DNA of 64,000 nt from Trichosphaerium sp. ATCC 40318. Lineage: Eukaryota > Protista > Tubulinea. Shown piece by piece: positions 51,101 through 62,912 of the stretch. Both the position numbers and the translations under genes were made by a program. The stretch covers positions 434,001 through 498,000 of the forward strand of contig JALMLS010000376.1 of assembly GCA_038496445.1 (NCBI GenBank), read 5' to 3'. A model generated the notes under the pieces. That model was not told the origin of the DNA. It ran no database searches and saw nothing but the letters and a program-made list of their open reading frames with translations. Every line of letters begins with the position of its first letter. Position 1 is the first letter of the stretch.

Positions 51101-54100
51101 TTTCTTTTTTTTTGGTTCATTTGTAACTATTTATTAGGATATGTCTTGTGCGAATGTTACTTCTCCTGCTACGGGTATAGATGATACAGTCGATTTTGGA
51201 TTCGCTATGATACCTCCTATTGCCCCTTCTGCACCTCCAACTGCAGCACCGACTGATGCACCAACAGAAGCTCCAACAATGGCTGCTAACGTTGAGATTG
51301 GAGATCTTGTTTTCAATGACGTTCTTGCTGATGGTATTCAAGGTAACAACCAACTTCGTCTTGTTTCTTGTTTGACTCATTACTTAGGTGCTGATGAAGT
51401 ATTTAACTCTACATTCCGTGTAATTCTATTGAATGCAAATGGATCAACAATCATGGCTGAAACGGAAACAGATGCCAGTGGTATTTACGGATTCAACTCA
51501 ACAGATGGATTGATACCTGAAACGGACTACATTGTTTGTGTTGATTACCTTGCATCTGAACCAACAGCATCCATCAGTTCTTCATTTGTTGGTAATGATA
51601 CTTCCCTTGATTCAAATGGACAAGAGGCATTCTATCCTATTGTCGCTAATACGGTGCGTTAAAACAATTGGTTTGTTTCTATCACCTGCCTTACTTTTCA
51701 ATAGAGTCTTTCATGTGCCAATGTGACCACACCAATGGCAGGACTCAGTGACTTTACTTACGATTTCGGATTCACCATTGCTCCTCCAACTGAAGCTCCA
51801 ACTGACGCTCCAACAGATGCTCCTGTAGCTCCAACAGCTGTTACTGTAGCTCCAACAATGGCTGGCAACGACACTACAACTGAACCACCAACCATGGCTG
51901 GCAACGGCACTACAACTGACGCACCAACGATGGCACCAAATGGTACTACTGATACACCAACTATGGAACCTTTAGGGCCAACTATGCCAGCTACTGTTTC
52001 TATTGGTAATTTGATTTTTAACGATATCAACGGTGATGGTGACCAAGGTACAATATTGTCATGTGGTGTAACACATACTCACATGGAATCTAGCTGGAGA
52101 CTTGCCTGTCGATAATTTAGCCGTCAATATTGTTGTGCTAAACGGAGATGGTACTCAACGTGTAGCCTCAGTCAGTAATACTGGCTTGACTGGCACATAC
52201 CAAGTTGATAATCTGATTCCTAACACACCATACATTGTATGTGTTGACTACCTTGTCGCTGATCCTCTCATGGGCGACTTGAGTCCAGCTTTTGCAACAA
52301 ATGATACTGCTACTGATTCCAATGGTCAAATCGCATTTTATCCAGCTCATAGTGCAAGCAGAGTACGATGACACTTTTTATGGTTAGAAACTTACTGTTT
52401 GTTTCATAAATAGAATCTATCATGTGCCAATGTGACCTCTCCTGCAAATGGCACAGATGACACCATTGATTTTGGTTTCACCATGCTTCCAGGTGCTCCA
52501 ACAGAAGCACCAACTGATGTGCCAACAATGGCAGGTAATACAACAGAACCACCAACGATGCCAGCAAATACAACCGAGCCGCCAACGATGCCAGCGAATA
52601 CAACAGAACCACCAACGATGCCAGCAAATACAACCGAACCGCCAACGATGCCAGCGAATACAACAGAGCCACCAACCATGCCAGCGAATACAACAGAACC
52701 ACCAACGATGCCAGCAAATACAACCGAGCCGCCTACTATGCCAGCAAATACAACAGAACCACCAACGATGCCAGCAAATACAACAGAGCCGCCAACGATA
52801 CCGGCCAATACAACAGAATCACCAACCATGGCGCCATCAAACGCCACATCACCACCTACTCTATCTCCAGCTAATGTGGGTATTGGTGACTTCATTTTTA
52901 ACGATGTTAATCAAAACGGAATGCAAGGCATGTATATCACGCCTACTCTTCTCTCCTCTTATATTTTATTTAGATGGTGATACAGCGTTCATTGTTAATT
53001 TCCCTGTTGCACTTTTGGATGCAAACGGAACTCAAGTTCTCGCTGAAACCATGTCTGGTATGGATGGTATTTACGGATTCAACTCACTTGATGGATTGAT
53101 GCCACAAACGGACTACATTATTTGTGTTGACTATCAATCTGTTTTGGGATCTTCAGCAGGAATCAGTCCTGCTTTTGAAGGGCAATCATTCCTTGATTCT
53201 CATGGTGAAGCCGCTATTTACCTAGCTTTTAGCAACGAGGTACGTTTTTTGCTTATTCTGTAAAAGTTCTATTGTTATGTTTTGCTTATTTTTATGATAG
53301 ACTGTATCTTGTGCAAATGTCACAACACCAATAGCTGGTTTTACTGATAACACCATCGATTTCGGTTTCTTCGAACCCGGAACACCTGCACCAACATTTG
53401 CTCCTAGTACCTCAGGAAATAATGGAACCATGTCACCAACTGCAGGTCCTGTTGCAAACGTAAGTATTGGTGACTTTGTGTTTATGGACGCTGGAATGGA
53501 TGGTCTTCAAGGTACATATTTCACTTCCAATATCAGCCGTATTAACGATCCCTCTTCTCCCATTAATAGGCCCTGACATTGCTTTTGGCGATTTGATTCC
53601 AACCATACTATTGGACGCTACAGGAACCATAATAATTGCTGAAAATAGTACTGATAGTCTGGGCATATACGAATTCAACCAAGACCATGGTGTATTACCA
53701 GAAACTGATTACATTGTCTGTGTTGACTACCAGGCTGTATTGACTAGCGTTGATATCTCTGAAGCTTTCGTCAATAACGACACCGCACTAGACTCGAATG
53801 GTCAAGCTGCGATATATGATGTTTACAGCAACACCGTAAGATAACCTTTAATGTAGTGTTACAAACTAATTCTTTTTTCCAAAAGACACAACTTTCTTGT
53901 GCAAATGTAACATCCCCAATGGCAGACGGTGTTGATGATACAATCGATTTTGGATTTTTTATTGTTCATACACCTGTGGCGAATGGCACCGATGCTCCAA
54001 CAATGGCAGCCAACGCAACTACAACCGAACCACCAACAGTACCAGGTAATACAACAGAGCCACCTACGATGGCACCCAACGTAACTACAACCGAACCACC

Positions 54101-57100
54101 AACAATACCAGCCAATACAACAGAACCACCAACGATGCCAGCCAATACGACAGAACCTCCAACGATGCCATTCAATACAACAGAACCTCCAACAATACCA
54201 GCCAATACAACAGAACCACCAACGATGCCAGCAAATACAACAGAACCGCCAACGATACCATCGAATACAACAGAGCCACCTACGATGGCACCCAACGTAA
54301 CTACAACCGAACCACCAACAGTACCAGCCAATACAACAGAACCACCAACTATGGCTCCAGTATCAAACGTGACATCACCACCTACTCTGTCTCCAGCTAA
54401 TGTGGGTATTGGTGACTTCATTTTTAACGATGTGAATCAAAACGGAATACAAGGTATGTATTACTAACACTTTTGCCAACACCTTACACTTTTATTTAGA
54501 TGGCGAGCCAGCGTTCATTGTTAATTTCCCTATTGTACTTTTGGATGCAAGTGGAACCCAAGTTCTCGCTGACACTATGTCTGGCATGGACGGTATTTAC
54601 GGATTCAACTCACCTGATGGATTGATGCCACAAACGGACTACATTATTTGTGTTGACTATCTATCTGTTTTGGGATCTTCAGCAGAAATCAGTCCTTCAT
54701 TTGCAGGCGGACAAGCATTCAGTGATTCCCATGGCGAAGCCGCTATTTACCCAGCCTACAGTAACGAGGTATTTTATTTATTTTTTTCTGTTTTTTTTCT
54801 TATCACAACCACGTGTCTGGTTGTTTATAAATAATGCCTTACAAAGTTGTTGTGCTTATTTTTTTATGATAGACTTTATCTTGTGCAAATGTCACAACGT
54901 TAATGGCTGGCTTTACTGATAACACCATCGATTTCGGTTTCTTCGAACCCGGAACACCTGCACCAACATTTGCTCCTAGTACCTCAGGAAATAATGGAAC
55001 TGTGTCACCAGCAGCTCCTATTGCAAACGTAAGTATTGGTGATTTCATCTTTAATGATGTAGGAGAAGACGGGGAACAAGGTACTTTTTTTCTTATTTTT
55101 TTCTGTTTGTACACGTTAATTCTATTATTAACCCATTACCTTTAGGTACCGATGTTGCATTCGCAGAAGATTTCATCGTCGTGCTTTTGGATGAATCCGG
55201 TACAACAATAGTTGCTGAGACAAACGTAACTGCTGGATTCTACGGATTCGATGGAACAGATGGATTACTAGCAAACACTTCATACATTGTATGTGTTGAT
55301 TTCCAAGCTGTTACAGGACTTGATCTAAACATGTCGCCTGCGTTTATCGGAAATGATTCTTCTACGGACTCCAATGGAGAAGCAGCTACATACACTGTCT
55401 ACAGTGACCAGGTAGAGTTTTAAACAAAAGTTATAAGCCCATGTATCAAGTGTGTTAACTGGCTGCTTAGATGCTTTCATGTGCTAATATCACTACACCT
55501 TTGGAAGGTTTTGCTGATGATACCATCGATTTTGGATTCTTTGTAGCAAATAACGCCACAGAGGCACCAACCGATGCTCCAACAATGGCAGGAAACGCAA
55601 CTACAACCGAACCACCAACAATGGCTGGTAACGACACTACAACCGAACCACCAACTATGGCTGGTAACGCAACTACAACTGAACCACCAACCATGGCTGG
55701 CAACGGTACTGACGCACCAACGATGGCACCAAATGGTACTACTGATGCGCCAACTATGGAGCCTGTAGGACCAACTATGCCAGCACCTACTGTTTCTATT
55801 GGTAATTTGATTTTTAACGATGTCAACGGTGATGGTGACCAAGGTGCGTCCCGACTTTTAGATTTCATGTTTGTTCTTTATTTCTCATTTATTTTAATAG
55901 CTGGAGACTTCGCTGTTCCAAATTTGGCTGCCTCAGTTGTTGTGCTAAATGGAGACGGTTCTGCACTAGTAACTATTGTGTCAACAGGCGGCCTCTCCGG
56001 AGAGTACCAAGTTGATAATCTGATTCCTAACACACCATACATTGTATGTGTTGACTACCTTGTCGCTGATCCTCTCATGGGCGACTTGAGTCCAGCATTT
56101 GCAACAAATGATACTGCTACTGATTCCAATGGTCAAATCGCATTTTATCCAGTTTACAGCACAAGCAGAGTACGATGATACATTAACTTTTATTCAATAA
56201 CTTACTGTTTGTTTCATCAATAGAATCTATCATGTGCCAATGTGACCTCTCCTGCAAATGGAACAGATGACACCATTGATTTTGGTTTCACTATGCTTCC
56301 AAGTGCTCCAACAGAAGCACCAACCGATGTACCAACAGAAGCGCCAACAGATGCCCCAACAATGGCTGCTAACGTTGAGATTGGAGATCTTGTTTTCAAT
56401 GACGTTCTTGCTGATGGTATTCAAGGTAACAACCAACTTCATCTTGTTTCTTGTTTGACTTATTACTTAGGTGCTGGTGAAGTATTTAACTCAACATTCC
56501 GTGTAATTCTATTGAATGCAAACGGATCAACAATCATGGCTGAAACGGAAACAGATGCAAATGGTATCTACGGATTCAACTCAACAGATGGATTGATACC
56601 TGAAACGGACTACATTGTTTGTGTTGATTACCTTGCATCTGAACCAACAGCTTCCATCAGTTCTTCATTTGTCGGTAATGAAACCTCCCTCGATTCAAAT
56701 GGACAAGAGGCATTCTATCCTATTGTCGCTAATACGGTATGTTAACATTGTTTCATTATGTATCACCTACCGTCTATTTACATTTGTATTTTCAATAGAG
56801 TCTTTCATGTGCCAATGTGACCACACCAATGGCAGGACTCAGTGACTTTACTTACGATTTCGGATTCACCATTGCTGAAGTGCCAACTGAAGCTCCAACT
56901 GACGCTCCAACAATGGCAGGCAACGTAACTACAACTGAACCACCAACAATGGCTGGCAACGACACTACGACCGAACCACCAACTATGGCTTCAAACGCCA
57001 CCGAAGCTCCAACAATGGCTGCTGGAAGTGTAGCACTTGGAGATCGTGTGTTCAACGACTTAAATGGTGATGGTATTCAAGGTATGTTATACATCCTAAA

Positions 57101-60100
57101 CTCTTTTATCCTAATATGTGAGTAGATGTCGATGAACTTTCAATCACAATGGAAGATATTCCAGTCATACTTCTCAATGCTGACGCATCAGCTGTCATTG
57201 CCAATACATCAACAGGTGTAGACGGCATGTATGAATTCAGTACAGCAGATGGCCTCGAGAACTCAACAGCATACATTGTTTGTGTTGATTATCAATCTGT
57301 ATTGGGCTCATCAACAGAGATCAGTCCTGCATTTGTTGGAAATGAAACATTCCTTGACTCAAATGGTGAAGCTGCAATTTATCAAGTTTACAGCAACGAG
57401 GTACTTTTATTTGTTTTTCTTGTTTTTCTTTTTTTTCTTACTCCTTTTTTAGACATTGTCTTGTGCCAATGTGACCACACCAATGGCTGGCCTTGCTGAT
57501 AACACCATCGATTTCGGTTTCATTCTTGCTGATGTTCCTACAGCCGCTCCAAATGGTACTGACGCTCCAACAATGGCTCCAGCAGCTCCAACAATGGCTT
57601 CTAATGGAACCGATGCCCCAACTATGGCTCCAAACGCTACCGAAGCACCAACAATGGCCGCTGGAAGTGTAGCACTTGGAGACCGCGTATTCAATGACTT
57701 AAATGGTGATGGTATTCAAGGTATGTTATACATCCTAAACTCTTTTATCCTATGCACTTCACTTTATTTTATCTAAAACGTGTATCTAGATATTGATGAA
57801 CTTTCCATCACAATGGAAGATATTCCAGTCATACTTCTCAATGCTGACGCATCAGCTGTCATTGCCAACACATCAACAGGTGTAGATGGCATGTACGAAT
57901 TCAGTACAGCAGATGGCCTCGAGAACTCAACAGCATACATTGTTTGTGTTGATTATCAATCTGTATTGGGATCAGCAACAGAGATCAGTCCTGCATTTGT
58001 TGGAAATGAAACATTCCTTGACTCAAACGGCGAAGCTGCAATTTATCAAGTTTACAGCAACGAGGTATAGCTTCTTTTCCTACTTTTGTTTATTTGATTT
58101 TTGGTATTCTAACATTACTATTTTATAGACTTTGTCTTGTGCCAATGTGACCACACCAATGGCTGGCCTTGCTGATAACACCATCGATTTCGGTTTCATT
58201 CTTGCTGATGTTCCTACAGCCGCTCCAAATGGTACTGACGCTCCAACAATGGCTGCGAATGGTACTGATGCCCCAACAATGGCATCTAATGGAACCGATG
58301 CCCCAACTATGGCTCCAAACGCTACCGAAGCTCCAACAATGGCTGCTGGAAGTGTAGCACTTGGAGACCGCGTATTCAATGACTTAAATGGTGATGGTAT
58401 TCAAGGTATGTTATACGCAATCTAAACTCTTTTATCTTAACTTGCGTTTAGATATTGATGAACTTTCTATCACAATGGCAGATATTCCAGTCATACTTCT
58501 CAATGCTGATGCATCAGCTGTCATTGCAAATACATCAACAGGTGTAGAAGGCATGTATGAATTCAGTACAGCAGATGGCCTCGAGAACTCAACAGCATAC
58601 ATTGTTTGTGTTGATTATCAATCTGTGTTGGGATCAGCAACAGAGATCAGTCCTGCATTTGTTGGAAATGAAACATTCCTCGACTCAAACGGTGAAGCTG
58701 CAATTTATCAAGTTTACAGCAACGAGGTACTTGTAATGTTTATTTAATTTCAGTTCTTATTATATTATTAGACATTGTCTTGTGCCAATGTGACCACACC
58801 AATGGCTGGCCTTGCTGATAACACCATTGATTTCGGTTTCATTCTCGCTGATGTTCCTACAGCCGCTCCAAATGGTACTGACGCTCCAACAATGGCTGCG
58901 AATGGTACTGATGCCCCAACAATGGCTTCTAATGGAACCGATGCCCCAACTATGGCTCCAAACGCCACTGAAGCTCCAACAATGGCATCCAATGCCACTG
59001 ATGCCCCAACAATGGCATCTAATGGAACCGACGCTCCAACAATGGCATCCAATGCTACTGATGCTCCTACAATGGCACCAAACGATACCGCTCCAGCCAA
59101 TGTTAGTATTGGTGGTGATGTTTTCAGAGACCCTAGTGGTGCTGGCGGTCAAGGAGGTACGAAGCTAAAAAAAGAAACCCACAGCCTCCTGTTTTTGTTA
59201 GTTTTTATTCACGAACTAATCATTCTATTCACAGGTGCTGTTCCATTCGATGTACTTTTGCCTGTCATCCTATTCAATGAAAATGGTACAGAAATCATAG
59301 CTCAAACAGAAACCGACCTATTGGGCGCATATTTGTTTAATGGAACGGATGGTGTATTGCCATTAACGACATACATCGTTTGTGTTGATTTCATGGAGAG
59401 ACTTCCTGGATTCGAGATAAGTCCTGCCCTCAGTACCAACAGCACGGATACCGACTCTAATGGTGAACCTGCTATCTTCCCTGTTTATAGTAACGAAACA
59501 CTTGCATGTGGTACAGTTACATCGCAAGCAGAAGGTTCTGGAGATTTTTCAATAGATTTTGGTTTCTTCCAATCCGCTCCTACAGAAGCTCCTGTAGCGC
59601 CTGTAGCACCTACCGAACCTGCCCCTACTGCCCCACCTACAATGCCACCTCCTCAACCACCTTGCACACTAAAGGAGACACCTCCAATAGCTTCTGTTCA
59701 CTCGTACGTTTACACTTCTTACTTTTAAAGTTTATCTTTTGGTAAACGTTACATGTTCTTATACAATGTTAAGCGCTGGAGTTTCATGTTCTAGAACAAT
59801 GGCTTACGAGATGGCAATGGAGAATGCCATCAACACTTGTAACGAGTACGTCTAATCTACTTTTAAGTACCACAATCTGTGACTTAACTTAACGCCTGTT
59901 TTTTAGAGAGTGTATGGAACTTCAATTTTGTCCAATAACGCCAGTGAATGGCACATCAAATGCAATTGATCCTTCTTTCTGCAAACTTACATTCACAGAA
60001 GACTGGAGCTACGACTGTACGCTTTATATTCTACACGTGTTTTTTTTTTGGTTTTTCTTCTTTGTTTTTTTGTCGGCTTTAGTTGACCTTTTTTTACAGG

Positions 60101-60182
60101 TGGTCCGGCTGCTGCCTACGCGGAATGGCATGCTAAACTTTCTTGCGGATGTAAATGTATTCAATGCGCTTGCGAGAGTTAA
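48126..60182 (+). CDS. Giant secreted mucin-like protein: beta-propeller-like N-terminus, 13 SdrD B-like domains separated by Pro/Thr linkers, Cys-rich C-terminus
   Basis: Signal peptide MKPSSLSLLLVISLVSCALA; repeats of SIGDxVFNDxNGDGxQ...GxYxF...YIVCVD...DSNG...TIDFGF starting near 50654, 51290, 51995, 52875, 53460, 54400, 55030, 55792, 56373, 57030, 57668, 58333 and 59101; ends ...LSCGCKCIQCACES*. Confidence 0.85.
52537..52830 (+). repeat. Coding 30-bp tandem minisatellite (PANTTEPPTM, about 9-10 copies)
   Basis: ccagcaaatacaacagaaccaccaacgatg repeated directly; related arrays near 53995-54350, 55560-55760 and 58870-59080. Confidence 0.95.
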
Positions 60183-60805
60183 TGTGCTCTACGAAACAAG
60201 CAAAATAAATTAGTTTAAGTAGTTTTACGTATCTATGAAAAAGATTGTCATATTTTCTGTCATACAAAAAACCAATTGTTACACCATGTCCATGTCGAAT
60301 TTTATCTAGATATGGCCTATGCTTGGCATATCACTACACTATGCGCAGCAATATTTTTGGATCGTTGTAATGTCCGCGAGATACGTATCTTGTATTTAGA
60401 AGCTGTTTTCAAAAAAAGATCCTTGGCCAAACAACGTAGCATCATTGCCGCTGTACGAAGCTACGCACGAAAAGGAGTGCGCGAGTGGCGCGAGAGACCT
60501 TATACCATATCCGTTCTCGGGGAAATAAAAAGCACGCCGGCGCACATGCTAATTCAGGAGTTAATGCCTACGACCACTAAACACGTGTAAGTTTTTGTTA
60601 TTTTGGGGTTCAGCCATAAAAGCCACTTCATCGCTCAAACATGTTGTGACAGTACCCTTAAAAGGCATCTGTAGCTAAGTTCATCATAGTAGAAGCGATT
60701 CTAAATTGTAGGGTAGCCAAAATGAGCGTAATAACTTAAAAAAAATTTAAATAAAATATTCGAAAAGACACCGAACAAAGACGTATTTCTAAAAAAACCG
60801 ACACG

Positions 60806-62104
60806 ATGCATCACGTGATTTGTATATTATTGTTATCAACATACGTAGCGTCGCAATTAATTTATAAGGCGAACAACGAAACTACTTACGAGTCAGAAGC
60901 TATAAGTATGATATTTGGCAGTGATCTAAGGTTTGAGAGTATAAATAGAGAAAATACAGAAGCAGTATGGTGGTTGAACGGAAATAAAACTTCTCGCCTT
61001 GTAATAGCGAATAGGTTCCCATCGAAGCGTAATCAATACTTAGATTGGATAAAAAAAGACGGAGCTTTAGGTGTAGTAGAAATAAGTACACCTGGAAGGT
61101 TTTTTTTCGAATGGAGCTTCGGAGACCCACGTGAAGCTATTCCTGTTGTTATAGTTGAAAATGGTTTCTCGGACTTTGTAAGGGAGGAACCTACATTCTC
61201 AACTTTTATTACAGTATACTCTCAAGACAGCACTCATAGAAACTACTTAAATTCACCATGGCCTAAAATATTCACAGCAGTACAAGTTTTTGTAAATGGG
61301 TTATGTATTGTTTACTTTATTTGGCGTGGACGTCACTTTTTTGGTACAAAGGCTACTCTAGCGAAGGCTGCTGTTATCTTTGAGACAATTGCAGCTTTTT
61401 TACGTATGATTGGCTTCTTATTCACTGATGTTTTGGCATACGTTATACCGACACCTTTATCGAGATTTCTGTTGACTATTGGTATACCTCTATCTCTTGT
61501 AACGAACTTTATGATTATCCTTTTCTGGCATGAATCCCTTCTAAACAAATCGCTACACGTGCCTAGATTTCTTGATAGATTCCAACCTGCTTTCTGGGTA
61601 CTAAGCACTGTTTTGATTTTATTGGATATTATTGGTAGTGTACTGGCAGGTCTGACTTATCTTCCATTGATTAATTTAATAACGACAGCTAGCTATGTTA
61701 TAGTAATGCTAGTAATGATTGTATACTGTACGTACACGTCTATCATTCTGTTAAGGAGAGCAAAAATGTTGGAAGACTCTACTGTTGCGAGACGTATAGT
61801 TAGAAGGATGGGTACAACAGTCGCTTTGATGCTTGCTCTTATACTAGTGTCTATTCCACTTGCGTTCATTCAAGGATATGTCGCAGGAAGATTTTTCTTA
61901 TCTCTCGTGTTCCTAATATTAGCTGCTCTTGGCATTGTAATTATTTCAAGTTTTCATGTTCCGAAGCTCAGGAGTTCTACGGCTGTTACAGGGTCTAAAT
62001 CAGGCGGATCAAGCGGTAAAACAAATGAAATGAGTGTTGTGCCTGGCCATGGATCTATAATGACAAATATGGAATCGGATAACGACGCTACACAAACAAT
62101 ATAA
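60806..62104 (+). CDS. Intronless signal-peptide protein with extracellular domain and about 7 TM helices (GPCR-like)
   Basis: 432-aa single ORF with an N-terminal signal, about 130-aa ectodomain, about 7 hydrophobic segments and a Ser/Gly-rich cytoplasmic tail. Confidence 0.7.
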   Translation: MHHVICILLLSTYVASQLIYKANNETTYESEAISMIFGSDLRFESINRENTEAVWWLNGNKTSRLVIANRFPSKRNQYLDWIKKDGALGVVEISTPGRFFFEWSFGDPREAIPVVIVENGFSDFVREEPTFSTFITVYSQDSTHRNYLNSPWPKIFTAVQVFVNGLCIVYFIWRGRHFFGTKATLAKAAVIFETIAAFLRMIGFLFTDVLAYVIPTPLSRFLLTIGIPLSLVTNFMIILFWHESLLNKSLHVPRFLDRFQPAFWVLSTVLILLDIIGSVLAGLTYLPLINLITTASYVIVMLVMIVYCTYTSIILLRRAKMLEDSTVARRIVRRMGTTVALMLALILVSIPLAFIQGYVAGRFFLSLVFLILAALGIVIISSFHVPKLRSSTAVTGSKSGGSSGKTNEMSVVPGHGSIMTNMESDNDATQTI

Positions 62105-62912
62105 GCTCATAGTAAATTTAAACATAAAATAATAAAACACTATTAAAATCTTAACCGCCTGTATTGTTGACGCTACTGTTCTATGTCAACATAATTTTTT
62201 CGCCTTTTCATTGCGTACCGAGTTGGCAAAAACTGAAAAAATGCCAGAAACCTATGCAGTTTTTTTTGGTATGCTTTGGAAATATTTTCTTATAACCTGA
62301 AGATGAATCCGCCAGTGCACAAGTAGATGGTTCTCTCTTCGCTTGTATTGTAGATATACAGCGACCCAGGTATCTTAAATGGAAGGTTTATTCAGTTACA
62401 ATTAAAACTACGCAGTCTCAAGCGAACCCATCCCTTTTTCCTCAATGCAACGAGCAAAATGCATTGGTTTTGTGCTGTCGGTTAAATGCATGTCATTCCG
62501 TCCACATCTCACTGTTTAATTTCCAATCTCTGAACGGGACACGCTAGTTACAGGCGCGTTCCTTTCCTTATTATACAATAGCCGCTGTGATGTTAGTGAA
62601 ATGCGCAGATTTCAAGAAGAAGCGAAAATATAAGATTTAAAAAAAGGGTAATTCAAACACTATTGTGCAAAACCATTTCGCTTGGAAATATGGTAAACAC
62701 GTGCCCAATAGAATATTTTAATATGGAGTTTTAAAATTAGGTACAAATACAAAAAAACGTATTTTGGGTTAGCGTCAATATAGCACTATCCACGTTATTA
62801 ACGTCCAAAATAAAACCAACAAAGACAATATACTGCACAAGATTTAGGCTGGCAAAAATAAAAAAAATTATGACGACAACCAAAAACCATAAAATTTATC
62901 CTTTAAACACAG

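Noticed and set aside
52537-52830. Regular 30-bp repeats as a possible CRISPR array
   Set aside because: There are no unique spacers; this is an in-frame coding minisatellite in a eukaryotic gene.
52448-53263. Gln-rich ORFs and antisense VGASVGA/IVGGSVV ORFs across 50-59 kb
   Set aside because: They are alternate-frame and antisense shadows of the Pro/Thr repeats of the mucin gene.
60276-60590. 104-aa ORF between the mucin and 7TM genes
   Set aside because: It has no recognisable motif or convincing start or splice structure.
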